DNA of 64,000 nt from Marispirochaeta sp. (GTDB taxonomy: Bacteria > Spirochaetota > Spirochaetia > JC444 > Marispirochaetaceae). The notes below the pieces were generated by a model that was given only the letters and a program-made list of their open reading frames with translations, was not told where the DNA came from and did not search any database. How positions within the stretch are numbered: the first letter of the stretch is position 1; the number at the start of each line of letters is the position of its first letter. Below, in pieces: positions 48,929 through 58,474 of this stretch. The stretch spans positions 576,001 to 640,000 of the forward strand of contig CAXXFF010000001.1 of NCBI GenBank assembly GCA_963676835.2. Reading direction: 5' to 3'. Both the position numbers and the translations under genes were made by a program.

Positions 48929-49762
48929 TTAAAGGGGCTTGAGAGCGGCAATAATCATTACATCACCGGCATTGAGGGATTTGCAGAGCCTGTCGGCGGC
49001 TTTCTTTACAGGCAGAGGGGCAGTACCGGAGCCAAGGCCTCCCCAGGATCGCCGGCGCAGAACCTTGAATCCCCCCCGGCGAAGGAGCTGTTTCAGGGTT
49101 TTTCCGGAAAAAAGCACCATATGGTCATCGATTGCCGAGCGCCACCGGTGAGTAAAGATTCTGGCTTGAAACCCGGCAATATCCGGCGTTGTTACCAGAA
49201 AAAGCCCTCCGGGGACAAGAATACGGTAGACTTCTTCAACAAAGCCCTTTGGATCCGTAAGATGCTCAATAAGGTGACTGCAGTGAACCACAGAAAATCC
49301 GGCATCCGGAAAAGCGGCCTCTTCCAGGGTCCCCGTAAAGATATTTACCCCCCGCTTCTCCCTGCCGTAGGCGGCAGCGGGACCGCAGACTTCAACGCCC
49401 TGCTCCCGGAAACCTTTACGCTTCATGTATTCCGGCAGCATACCGGTGGCACAGCCGACATCAAGAAAAGACTTCTCAAGGCCTGCGGACAGGGATTCAA
49501 ACCCGATATCCCTTAACCCCAGCTTCATAAGATTGAAGAAGTTATCGGCATTCTCCTGCTCATATTCAAAGTACTCGTCATCATAACGCAGGGCGAGCTC
49601 ATCCTGCACAGGCTGCGGATTCTGGTACACCAGCCCGCAGCTGAGGCAGCTCACAAAAAGAGAGGATTGCTTCCATTTCCGCTTGTAACGGCTGCCGCCG
49701 CAGAGGGGGCAGTCAATAGAAAGAAGATTCTCATTGCCGGAAACTTTGGAAAAGGTCTTCAT
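48929..49762 (-). CDS. Class I SAM-dependent methyltransferase with N-terminal Zn-ribbon
   Basis: CPLC...CLSC, LDVGCATG, HLIEHL.DP. Confidence 0.88.
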   Translation of the reverse strand: MKTFSKVSGNENLLSIDCPLCGGSRYKRKWKQSSLFVSCLSCGLVYQNPQPVQDELALRYDDEYFEYEQENADNFFNLMKLGLRDIGFESLSAGLEKSFLDVGCATGMLPEYMKRKGFREQGVEVCGPAAAYGREKRGVNIFTGTLEEAAFPDAGFSVVHCSHLIEHLTDPKGFVEEVYRILVPGGLFLVTTPDIAGFQARIFTHRWRSAIDDHMVLFSGKTLKQLLRRGGFKVLRRRSWGGLGSGTAPLPVKKAADRLCKSLNAGDVMIIAALKPL

Positions 49763-50646
49763 CAGCGTATGGAAAAGCCTTTCTGATAAACCGTTTCGTT
49801 ACCGGCAAAATCGGATACAACAATCTCAAGACTGGTCTCCCCGGTATTCAGGGTCAACTCACCAAGATTTATAACCGTCTCATCCTCATAAAACGGATCA
49901 TAGGTATACCCCGGAGATTTAACCAGAGCATACTGCCCCTCCTGATAGGAGAGAAACTCATAGGTCAGGTAGACCGCTTCACTGCCATTGAGATACACCA
50001 TGATACGAAACGGGGACATTGGCCAGAAATAGCTTACACTGTCACACTGATCATAAACATCCACCACCAGATCCCAGCGTCCGGCAGGAACTGCGCCGTT
50101 GAGAGACTCAAGGTCAATTTTATTCTGCCCCCTTGAGAGATGCACAGCGGAGACCCTGGGCCTGGAAGTATCCACCCGGGGAGGCAGAATCAGAAGAGGA
50201 TTGATTATGTTGTTTGTATCGGAGTCAATTATAGTCAGATGCAGATGAACCCCAAGGGAACCTCCGGACTCCCCCATTACCCCCAAAGGTCTCTCTGCAG
50301 TAAAACGTTTATCCTCAATTCTGGTTGAACCGTTTTTCAAATGGGCATACAGAGACCGCACACCACCTTGATGTTCTGCAACCAGAAAGGTGCCTATACC
50401 CGAAGGAATCGCCGCTGCCGGGCCGTGCTCATCGTAGGAGAAAACCAGCTCTCCTTCGGAGACAGGATAGATATCCTGCTCGCCCCCGCCAAGGTCTATA
50501 CCGGAATGAAAATGGTCCCAGCGGTCTTCTCCGAATGTACCGGTAAGGGATATCTTTTCCACCGGCCACCGGTACTCCTGAGAAGAGAGAGAAACTCCGG
50601 TCAACAGTAAAAAACCGAGAATCCGAAACAACATCAGGCGCCGCAT
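49762..50646 (-). CDS. Secreted M23 metallopeptidase
   Basis: Signal peptide, HSGID, YAHL, GVHLH. Confidence 0.88.
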   Translation of the reverse strand: MRRLMLFRILGFLLLTGVSLSSQEYRWPVEKISLTGTFGEDRWDHFHSGIDLGGGEQDIYPVSEGELVFSYDEHGPAAAIPSGIGTFLVAEHQGGVRSLYAHLKNGSTRIEDKRFTAERPLGVMGESGGSLGVHLHLTIIDSDTNNIINPLLILPPRVDTSRPRVSAVHLSRGQNKIDLESLNGAVPAGRWDLVVDVYDQCDSVSYFWPMSPFRIMVYLNGSEAVYLTYEFLSYQEGQYALVKSPGYTYDPFYEDETVINLGELTLNTGETSLEIVVSDFAGNETVYQKGFSIR

Positions 50647-50647
50647 A

Positions 50648-51694
50648 TCAAACCCTCTCCATTGTATATACCAGAACAGCATCATCGAGAAACAGATAAA
50701 GACGATTTCCCCGGACCTCAAGATCCGCGTGGGAAAAACTGCCGGGAAGCTTCAAGGCGCCCCGGTATTCACTGACCGCTCCGTGCAGGGAGAGCTCAAA
50801 CTCCTCATTCCGGGCAAGAACCGCAACAAGACGGCCCTCCTCAAGGCCTTTCATCTGCCAGATACGCCCGGAAAGGGAGATTTTTTTACTGCTCAAACTC
50901 AGGGTATCAAAAAGCAGAAACCCGTCTTCCTGCTCAATTGAATAAAAATTATCAAGAAGAAACCCGAGCTGAATATTTCTGCGCAGATCCGAATCCAGCG
51001 GAAGCACAAATCGTTCCTGGAACTGACCGGCATGCTCCTCCAGAAGCGCTGCAGCCTGAGGGCTGGTGCCGGCGATCACCATAGCACCGGTTCCTTCATT
51101 ATCAAGCGCCCCGCCATAAGCCGCGGAGATCCTGCCTCTCTCCGGTGAATACTCATAATAGACAGACCCACCGGAATCGACAAACACAAAGGTTCCGCTT
51201 AAAAGTCCAACAAGCAGACGTTTTTTATCAGCAGTACACGTGGTAATCATGGAAGGAAAACTATGCTCCCAGAGAATATCCCCTTCGACGGATATCTCCT
51301 TCAGTCTCAACCTGTCTGTGCTGAGTACAAAAAGCCTGGCACCGGAATAAAACGGATAACCCCGTGTATCCACAAGGGCACTGATACCTCCGCTGCTGTC
51401 TTTCAAGACAAGCCGTGAGGATATAGAGTCATAATTAATTAATCCTGATTCTGAAACAGCCGCACCGTAGCGGACTTCTTCCGTATAGACAGGATTTCCC
51501 TGTTCAGAAATAAACCCGGCATACAGACCGTTTGAGAAAGGAATAAGAGCAGCTCCCTGAGGATCTGCCGGGTTATCAAGCTGAAATCTGGACTGGGGCA
51601 TCAATGTTAACGCAGGAGCCAGATCCCGGGGGAGAAATATAAGATAAGCGAGGACCGCGAGGCTTCCAAAAATAAACCGGTATCTTCTTTTCAT
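50648..51694 (-). CDS. Membrane-anchored beta-propeller-like hypothetical protein
   Basis: N-terminal TM helix; blade-like GDILWEHSF...LLVGLLSGTFVFVD; upstream TTGACA-N18-TAGGAT. Confidence 0.6.
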   Translation of the reverse strand: MKRRYRFIFGSLAVLAYLIFLPRDLAPALTLMPQSRFQLDNPADPQGAALIPFSNGLYAGFISEQGNPVYTEEVRYGAAVSESGLINYDSISSRLVLKDSSGGISALVDTRGYPFYSGARLFVLSTDRLRLKEISVEGDILWEHSFPSMITTCTADKKRLLVGLLSGTFVFVDSGGSVYYEYSPERGRISAAYGGALDNEGTGAMVIAGTSPQAAALLEEHAGQFQERFVLPLDSDLRRNIQLGFLLDNFYSIEQEDGFLLFDTLSLSSKKISLSGRIWQMKGLEEGRLVAVLARNEEFELSLHGAVSEYRGALKLPGSFSHADLEVRGNRLYLFLDDAVLVYTMERV

Positions 51695-51780
51695 ATGCGG
51701 GTTTATCCTACCGATAACAGAAGGCTGTTGTCAACGAAGAATAAAGAAGTAGCAGCAATTGCAGAAGTGGACTCCGGATC

Positions 51781-52572
51781 CTACTTCTTATCGTTCTTTT
51801 TGGAGTCCGACTCCATCTTTGCCCGCCAGACATCAATTTTCTTGCGGACCCCTTCCCCCTCTTCAACCTCTCCGAGAACAATATGCAGACGCCTGAGGGC
51901 TGCCAGGTAGGTTATGGCCAGCTTGAAGTCGTCTATGCGCAGAGTAGACAGCTCATACTTTTCCCGGTAACGGTTGGCAGACTGATCAAGCAGCTCTTTT
52001 GTAAGCCTGAGATGTGAATTCCGCTCCGAATAGAAATCCGCCCGGGGATCAAGACCGGCTGTCAGGGTTTTCAGGTCGAGCAGATTCTTGACAATGGTTG
52101 CGTATCGGCCTTCAATTTCCACAAAGGACCAGCGCCATTTTGTGTTTGCACCGAACCCGTCCTCCACCGCCTGTATAGAAAATCCCAGCTTGCGGATCAT
52201 CCCCCACCGCTGGCCTTCATTAAAGGCACTTATCTGCTCAAGCTTCTCTTCATAATCCGAAAACGGAGCGTCTATCTGACTGGAGACTGCTTCTTCAAGA
52301 TAGATGATTGCCTTGTAGCACCCTTTTCGTGCATCGTTAAGATAGGCTTCGTTCTTTACCCCGAGAAGACTGATGGATAGTTCATTCATCAATACATAAT
52401 AGGAAACCAGATTGAGAACGCTGTCAGCAAGAACAAGCTTGTTCATGGAAGAACTTCCGTCTTCCCCGGCGAGCATCGCCTTTTCCTGCTCCAGTATTGC
52501 TTCTATGGCAGCCTTGAATTCAGTTATCTTGTTGAAATAACTTTTCTTTGCCTGTCCGGAGATCTTTCCCAT
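51781..52572 (-). CDS. Helical conserved hypothetical protein
   Basis: 263-aa ORF with GGGGAG RBS, downstream of recN. Confidence 0.75.
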   Translation of the reverse strand: MGKISGQAKKSYFNKITEFKAAIEAILEQEKAMLAGEDGSSSMNKLVLADSVLNLVSYYVLMNELSISLLGVKNEAYLNDARKGCYKAIIYLEEAVSSQIDAPFSDYEEKLEQISAFNEGQRWGMIRKLGFSIQAVEDGFGANTKWRWSFVEIEGRYATIVKNLLDLKTLTAGLDPRADFYSERNSHLRLTKELLDQSANRYREKYELSTLRIDDFKLAITYLAALRRLHIVLGEVEEGEGVRKKIDVWRAKMESDSKKNDKK

Positions 52573-52590
52573 CTGACTCCCCTTACCGCC

Positions 52591-54273
52591 TTAACGGTAC
52601 TTCCCGATTAATTCACTGGCGTGCCGCAGAGACGCTTCACCAACAGGATCACCGGAGAGCATACGTGCTATTTCGGTTACCCGCTGGTCTTCTTTGAGAA
52701 GGCTCACCCGTGTGAGGGTTCTGCCCGACTCAAGCTCTTTCGCCACCTTTATGTGATTATCGGCACGAACTGCCACGGAGGCAAGATGGGTTATGCAGAG
52801 AATCTGCTTTCTCCCGGCAAGCAGTGCAAGCTGTTCGCCAAGGGCGATACCGACTTCCCCGCCTATGCCGGTATCTATTTCGTCAAAAATCAGGGAATCA
52901 ATCTGATCTGCTTCGGACAACACAGTTTTCAGGGCCAGCATCAGCCGGGAGAGTTCTCCGCCGGATGCTATGCTTTTCAAAGGTTTTAACGGCTCCCCCT
53001 GATTCGGAGCAATGAGAAACTCAACCGCGTCTGCTCCGGTGGGGCCGCAAACAGGCCTGCCGTTGGCTCCCGTTTTCGTATCAACCCGAACCGAGAAAAC
53101 AGCCTTCTGCATACCCAGCGGTCTGAGCTTCTCCTCTACCGCCACCTGAAGCTTACCGGCTGCATTACGCCTGCTGTCGCTGATCTCCCGGGCAAGCTGG
53201 GCGACTTTACGGTTAAGAGCAGAAATCTCCTCTTCCATGGAGCTCTTCCGTTCTTCCCAGTTGTCGATATCGCCCATTTTACGCTGAGCGTCCTCGCGGA
53301 AATTCAGGACATCCTCCACACTGCTGCCGTACTTCTTCTGCAGCCGCCGAAGCAGCAGCAGCCTCTGTTCAATCTCATCCAGCCTTTCCGGAGAAAAACT
53401 GAACTCATTGCTGAAAGCCCGGACAGACTCGACAACATCTTCCATCTCGAGAAAAGCAGTCTCAAAACGACCGCCAAGCTCCGCGAGCTTTGGAACAATC
53501 TCTCCAAGAAGAGCAAGTTCTGTCTGAGCCTTCCGCAGCGAACCGATTGCCCCGCCCCTGCTCTCGGACGAGAGACGGGAAAACTCCTCCATATGGGAAT
53601 ATATCTTTTCAGCCTGGGAGACCATCAGCCGTTCGTCTTCAAGAGTCTCTTCCTCGCCTGCCTTCAGGGCTGCGGCGTCTATCTCCTCCACCGCATGCCG
53701 CAGGTAATCAAGCTCTCGTACCTGGTCCTTTTCGGCAGCAACAAGGGCGTCGTACTCTTTTTTCAGGCCCGTAAGTTCAGTAAAAAGTGCGGAAAGATCT
53801 TCTACCTTTGAACCGATTCCGGCATATGCATCAAGGAGCCTTCTATGGCGGTCGACATACATAAGCGACTGATGTTCATGCTGACCATGCATATCAAAAA
53901 GAAGGGAGGTAAATTCCTGTACCGTAGCCCGGGGAACCTGAACATCCTGAATATAGATACTCCCCCGGCCGGTCTGCCGTATTACCCTCCGGATTATAAC
54001 CGCACCATCCTCGGGTTCAATCTCATGCTCGGAAAGCCACTGCAGGGCATCGGGATTATGTTCAATCAGAACAATGCCGGTAATCCGGGCCTCCTCGGTA
54101 TCCGTTCGGACAACGCCGGCATCGGTCTTATCTCCCAGTATCGCGCCAAGAGCACCGACAATTATGGATTTACCGGCTCCCGTCTCGCCGGTAAGAATAT
54201 TCAGCCCCCGGGAGAATCTGAGTGTGAGTCTGTCTATAAGGGCAAAATTCTCAACAGAGAGTTCTTCAAGCAT
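52591..54273 (-). CDS. recN: DNA repair protein RecN
   Basis: TGETGAGKS, HGQHEHQ, ASGGELSR, FDEIDTG, CITHL. Confidence 0.97.
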   Translation of the reverse strand: MLEELSVENFALIDRLTLRFSRGLNILTGETGAGKSIIVGALGAILGDKTDAGVVRTDTEEARITGIVLIEHNPDALQWLSEHEIEPEDGAVIIRRVIRQTGRGSIYIQDVQVPRATVQEFTSLLFDMHGQHEHQSLMYVDRHRRLLDAYAGIGSKVEDLSALFTELTGLKKEYDALVAAEKDQVRELDYLRHAVEEIDAAALKAGEEETLEDERLMVSQAEKIYSHMEEFSRLSSESRGGAIGSLRKAQTELALLGEIVPKLAELGGRFETAFLEMEDVVESVRAFSNEFSFSPERLDEIEQRLLLLRRLQKKYGSSVEDVLNFREDAQRKMGDIDNWEERKSSMEEEISALNRKVAQLAREISDSRRNAAGKLQVAVEEKLRPLGMQKAVFSVRVDTKTGANGRPVCGPTGADAVEFLIAPNQGEPLKPLKSIASGGELSRLMLALKTVLSEADQIDSLIFDEIDTGIGGEVGIALGEQLALLAGRKQILCITHLASVAVRADNHIKVAKELESGRTLTRVSLLKEDQRVTEIARMLSGDPVGEASLRHASELIGKYR

Positions 54274-55138
54274 CCGGCCCTCCCGACCAGTTGAGCTTTG
54301 TTCTCAGCACTTCATAAAAATTGCGCTTATCAGAACGGATCAGAGAGATCTTCCGTGGAGCCATTCCTATATGCAGCAGATCCTCAGGCTGGAGCTCAAA
54401 GACAATCTGGCCGTCGATGGTCAGAATAACCTCCGCCCGCTGCTCCCGTTCAACCCTGATTTTAACACAGCGGTCACCGCTTATTACAATAGTACGGTTC
54501 GAAAGGGTAAAAGGACAGATCGGATTCAGCACCAGAGCCTCAAGCTCCGGCTCCAGAATAGGGCCCCCGGCGGCGGCACTGTAGGCAGTTGAACCTGTGG
54601 GAGAAGAGACAATAATACCGTCTGCACGATATTCTCCCACCGGGGTATCATTTATGGAGACTCCAAGGCGGATCACCTTGGCTATTCCCGCCGAAGCGAT
54701 AACCGCATCATTGAAGCCTTCAAAGCTGCGGATAATCTCTCCCCCGCGCTCAAGCTTTACATCAACAAGCACCCGCCGGCTTAAACCAAGCTTGCCTTCC
54801 CGGTAATTCTCAAAGGCTTCCCGCCATTCATCCCGGGCAACTTCGGTTATAAACCCCAAACTGCCGATATTAACCGCCAGAATTGGCGCAGTGATGCCGG
54901 AAAGGGCACGGGCAGTATACAGGACCGTACCGTCTCCTCCGAGAGAAAAGACAATGTCCGGGGAATTTTTTACCGGAAAAGTGGAAACCTCGGGCTTACC
55001 GGTATTCCTCAGCACCGAATATTCTATTCCCTCACCGGTCAGGTATGTACCGATCTCCTGGATAAGGGACTCAGCATTCTCTTTGAGACAATTGGCTACG
55101 AGCAGCGCCCGCTTTATCTTCTTTGGTTTAACTCCCAC
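54266..55138 (-). CDS. nadK: NAD kinase
   Basis: LGGDGT, GSLGF, ND, DGIIVSSPTGSTAY. Confidence 0.96.
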   Translation of the reverse strand: MGVKPKKIKRALLVANCLKENAESLIQEIGTYLTGEGIEYSVLRNTGKPEVSTFPVKNSPDIVFSLGGDGTVLYTARALSGITAPILAVNIGSLGFITEVARDEWREAFENYREGKLGLSRRVLVDVKLERGGEIIRSFEGFNDAVIASAGIAKVIRLGVSINDTPVGEYRADGIIVSSPTGSTAYSAAAGGPILEPELEALVLNPICPFTLSNRTIVISGDRCVKIRVEREQRAEVILTIDGQIVFELQPEDLLHIGMAPRKISLIRSDKRNFYEVLRTKLNWSGGPDA

Positions 55139-55176
55139 TTCTTCCTATACCGTCCCTGCACCTCTACACCTGCACC

Positions 55177-56202
55177 TCATGGCAGCGTTGACAGCACCCG
55201 AACCAGAAGTTCCGTGTTCTTCCGGCCCATACTCGGATACAGAGGAAACAAAATTGTCCTCAGGGCAAGACTCGCAGCCACCGGACAGTCGATCTCCTCC
55301 GGCTGCAGCCGGGCATAGGGAGACGAGGCAAAGGCATTTTCCGTCTGCACGCCGTTTTTCAGGGCATACTGACGCACCTCATTCATTCCCGTATCAATTA
55401 CCACCGGAAACGCCGTGGGAACAACCCCCTCTTCGCCGGACCCGGACGAAAAGCTGCGGTGTTTCGACTTCATCAGCCCCTGGGCCAGCAGATCGTAAAT
55501 CTCCGCCCGGTGGGAATGAAGGCCCTCGGCGGTCTGCACCTGCACAAGCCCCAGAGCAGCATTTATGTCCGGCATGAGCATTTCCATGGTCAGCTCTTCC
55601 AGGAGCGGCTTAATCTGCCGCCTGTACTTCACTCCCCCCGCAAGCACCACTGCACCGCCGCCGGTGGTTATGGGATCACAGTATTCGGTACGAATCAGCG
55701 TATATGCATCTGCTCCGTCATCTTCCCGTTCCCGCAGACTTACAGCCGTGGAGGAAACATCACGGATAATCGGCAAACCGCTTTCGATTACGGCATCACT
55801 GGCAACGGATATCCCGAAAGGCTCATGCAGAACCCATGCAGCAATCTCACCCTCAAGAGCTTTCTCAATGGCAGCCTCGGACATACAGGCGGAGGATTCT
55901 TCCACATCCACAAATACAGGAGTAAGCCTGAGCATATCCAGGGCATCCAGATAAAAGAGCGGAGAAAGAGCGGAAATTGCCACACGGCTCCCCTCGGGAA
56001 GCTCAAGAGACTTAAGCAGAACAGCCAATGCTTCCGCGGGAGAACGCATGGCTGCGCCGTTTTTCTTGTTCAGGTACTTCGAAAGCTCCTTGCTGAACTG
56101 ATCAGCCAGAGAGCCCGGCCCTATTTCATCACTCACCATACATGTTAATACGGCGTCCATGTCCCGCCGCTTCAAGGTAGGTCTATAAACTGGGATCGAC
56201 AT
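55177..56202 (-). CDS. DegT/DnrJ/EryC1/StrS-fold protein lacking the PLP-binding lysine
   Basis: PVFVDV, ITTGGGAV, MPDINAALGLVQ, CPVA...FPLYP; no Lys at the usual SFxxxK position. Confidence 0.8.
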   Translation of the reverse strand: MSIPVYRPTLKRRDMDAVLTCMVSDEIGPGSLADQFSKELSKYLNKKNGAAMRSPAEALAVLLKSLELPEGSRVAISALSPLFYLDALDMLRLTPVFVDVEESSACMSEAAIEKALEGEIAAWVLHEPFGISVASDAVIESGLPIIRDVSSTAVSLREREDDGADAYTLIRTEYCDPITTGGGAVVLAGGVKYRRQIKPLLEELTMEMLMPDINAALGLVQVQTAEGLHSHRAEIYDLLAQGLMKSKHRSFSSGSGEEGVVPTAFPVVIDTGMNEVRQYALKNGVQTENAFASSPYARLQPEEIDCPVAASLALRTILFPLYPSMGRKNTELLVRVLSTLP

Positions 56203-56232
56203 CGTTTTCTTCTTTCTTATTAATAGTCTAAA

Positions 56233-56709
56233 TCAGCGCGCGATTTTACCGAGCTGCTGTAGTTCCTTTGGATCAAAAATCCGCCGGATATCGAGAATAA
56301 TCAGATACCCGCTATCCTCATTGCTGACTCCCTGAATATACTCAGCACCAATTCCGGAAATCATCTGGGGCGGAGGCTGAATCTTATCACGGTCAATGGT
56401 AATAACCCTGGATACCTTATCAATATAAACCCCTAACTGCATATCATCCAGACTGAGAATCAGAAAGCCAGACAGAAGGGTATCTTCTTCGCTCAGTTCC
56501 GCCCGGCGCAGGTGAAAGCGCTTGTGCAGGTTGATAATAGGGATAATCTGACCGCGAAGGTTAAATATTCCATCAACATAGTTGGGAGCATTCGGAATAG
56601 CCCGTATCTCCTGGACCTTCTGAATCTCGTTAACCTGCATAATATCTATACCATAGAATTCTTCACCCAACTGAAAGGTAACCAGCTGTATCTGCTTTTC
56701 ATCTGCCAT
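56233..56709 (-). CDS. cheW: Chemotaxis adaptor CheW
   Basis: QLVTFQLGEEFYGIDI..VNEI, IPNAP..GIFNLRGQIIPIINL. Confidence 0.96.
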   Translation of the reverse strand: MADEKQIQLVTFQLGEEFYGIDIMQVNEIQKVQEIRAIPNAPNYVDGIFNLRGQIIPIINLHKRFHLRRAELSEEDTLLSGFLILSLDDMQLGVYIDKVSRVITIDRDKIQPPPQMISGIGAEYIQGVSNEDSGYLIILDIRRIFDPKELQQLGKIAR

Positions 56710-56727
56710 CAGCGAACTCCTGACTAT

Positions 56728-56756
56728 AGAATAATTTAAGAGTGACGGTTTTGCAA
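56728..56756 (-). promoter_or_regulatory. Putative sigma-70 promoter of the cheW-degT-nadK-recN unit
   Basis: TTGCAA-N17-TATTCT upstream of an AGGAG RBS. Confidence 0.5.
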
Positions 56757-56825
56757 TATGGTTTTTCCAACTCACAAAAACAGAGCAGATGGGCAAAATT
56801 CTGCAATTCTCTCTCTTCCGGACGT

Positions 56826-57007
56826 CCCCCGACCGCTAAATCTTCGATTCAGCGGCAAGCCACATGCTTAAGCATGTGGTCGGGTCGGGCCTTGCGGGGC
56901 TCCGGCCCCTCCACCTAAATCCTTACTGAAGAGACTTCGTATAAAAAATAGCTGATCAAGGATTTAGGTGCAGGGTCTGCCTGCGGCACCCCTCCAGTCC
57001 CTGACGC
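56826..57007 (-). ncRNA. Highly structured intergenic element, Flavo-1-like RNA motif or REP-like repeat
   Basis: Minus strand GCGTCAGGGACTGGAGGGG...GCAAGGCCCGACC; perfect 13-bp inverted repeat 56912-56924/56958-56970; 20-bp palindrome 56860-56879; hairpin 56833-56855. The family name is from recollection only. Confidence 0.5.
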
Positions 57008-57051
57008 GGCAGGCGCTACAATGCTGATATGCAGCGGGTTGCAGCGAACCC

Positions 57052-58380
57052 TTAAGGGGCAATAACCGTCAGGTACGGATAGCCGCTGTTGAGTATTCCG
57101 TCAATGGTCCAGGTTTTATTATCAGCTGCAGATGTTGAGATATCCCAGTTTGCACTGTAGGTGGCATAAGTTTTCATCAAAGTTGTTGCATAGCCCATTA
57201 CAGTCGAAACAGAGTCTGTACCGCCGTCATAGCCAACACTCTGTCCGGTAGTAGTGGTATCATAACAGGAGTAGCTTACTGAACCCATGGAGAGATCGCC
57301 GATCAGTCCACCGACATAGGATGACCCGTTAACTTCTCCGACAGCATAACAGTTTGTCACATCTCCCAGACAGTTTTCCCCAAGCAGCCCGCCGACATAA
57401 TCTCCTGCGCCGTAGACATCTCCTGTGGCGTAGCAGTCAGAGAGAGTTCCCCCCTCCTTGTCTCCTATCAGTCCGCCCACATCATCGTCCGAACCTGAGA
57501 CATCTCCGGTGGCGTAACATCCTGTTACATCTGCATAGCTTACACCGATAAGTCCCCCGACAAAGTCATCGGAGTCGGTGCCTATAACATTTCCTTCTGC
57601 ATAGCATGATGTTACAACACCAGAATTCTCACCAAGCAGTCCGCCCAGGTATCCTGTGCCATTGACGATGCCCGTGGCATGGCAGTCTGTTAAATCCCCG
57701 CTGTTTGATCCAATAAGACCCCCGGCACTTTCACCCGCGGAGGTAACGTTTCCCGTGGCGTAACAGTCAGTTAAATCCGCACTGTTGGTTCCGATCAGTC
57801 CGCCTACATTGGACTCTGAACCGGTAACACTCGTACCGGCATAGCAGCCTGTTACAACCGCGCTGCTGTAGTTTCTTCCAATCAAACCGCCGGTACGTCT
57901 TGAACCGGAGATACTTCCTGCAGCATAACAGTTTGTCACAATCCCATTATTCAGCCCGATCAAACCGCCGGTATACTCACCACCGGCTATTTCACAGTTC
58001 ACTACTCCCAGATTCCTGATTGTGCCCGTACTATAGCCAAAGAGTCCCTGGTAATCGCTCCCTGAGCTATTGATATAGAGATCACTGATTGCGTACCCCG
58101 CGCCATCAAAAGTGCCGGTAAAAAGAGTTGTTGCATTGCCGATAGGCGTCCAGCTGCCGTCTGAGGCGTTGCACACATCGGACAGAGAGATATTGCACGT
58201 CAGCAGGTAATCTCCGCTCCAGCCGGATGAGTCAGAAGCAAGCGCAAGAAGGTCGGCGGCGCTGCTGATTGTCCCGTCTTCGAATGAGCCGGCCGTATCG
58301 GCTGTACCGTTTGAACTGCATCCGGAAAAAGCGAATAGAATTGAAGCTGAAAGCAGGAAAATCCATAAATACTTTTTCAT
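57052..58380 (-). CDS. GLUG-repeat (beta-helix) lipoprotein
   Basis: Lipobox FAFSGC; WTPIG...FTGTFDGAGYAI; nine GGL(I/L)G..C(Y/H) repeats of about 26-29 aa. Confidence 0.88.
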   Translation of the reverse strand: MKKYLWIFLLSASILFAFSGCSSNGTADTAGSFEDGTISSAADLLALASDSSGWSGDYLLTCNISLSDVCNASDGSWTPIGNATTLFTGTFDGAGYAISDLYINSSGSDYQGLFGYSTGTIRNLGVVNCEIAGGEYTGGLIGLNNGIVTNCYAAGSISGSRRTGGLIGRNYSSAVVTGCYAGTSVTGSESNVGGLIGTNSADLTDCYATGNVTSAGESAGGLIGSNSGDLTDCHATGIVNGTGYLGGLLGENSGVVTSCYAEGNVIGTDSDDFVGGLIGVSYADVTGCYATGDVSGSDDDVGGLIGDKEGGTLSDCYATGDVYGAGDYVGGLLGENCLGDVTNCYAVGEVNGSSYVGGLIGDLSMGSVSYSCYDTTTTGQSVGYDGGTDSVSTVMGYATTLMKTYATYSANWDISTSAADNKTWTIDGILNSGYPYLTVIAP

Positions 58381-58474
58381 TATTCCTCCTGAAAACTATA
58401 GGGAATGTAAGATTTTCCTTATTTAACAGCTTCAGAAGGGGCAATTCTATCGAATTTATAAATCCAATAGGTTT

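Noticed and set aside
57240..58000. Periodic DNA similarity as a CRISPR array or DGR template
   Set aside because: Explained by in-frame GLUG protein repeats; no identical repeats, cas genes or reverse transcriptase.
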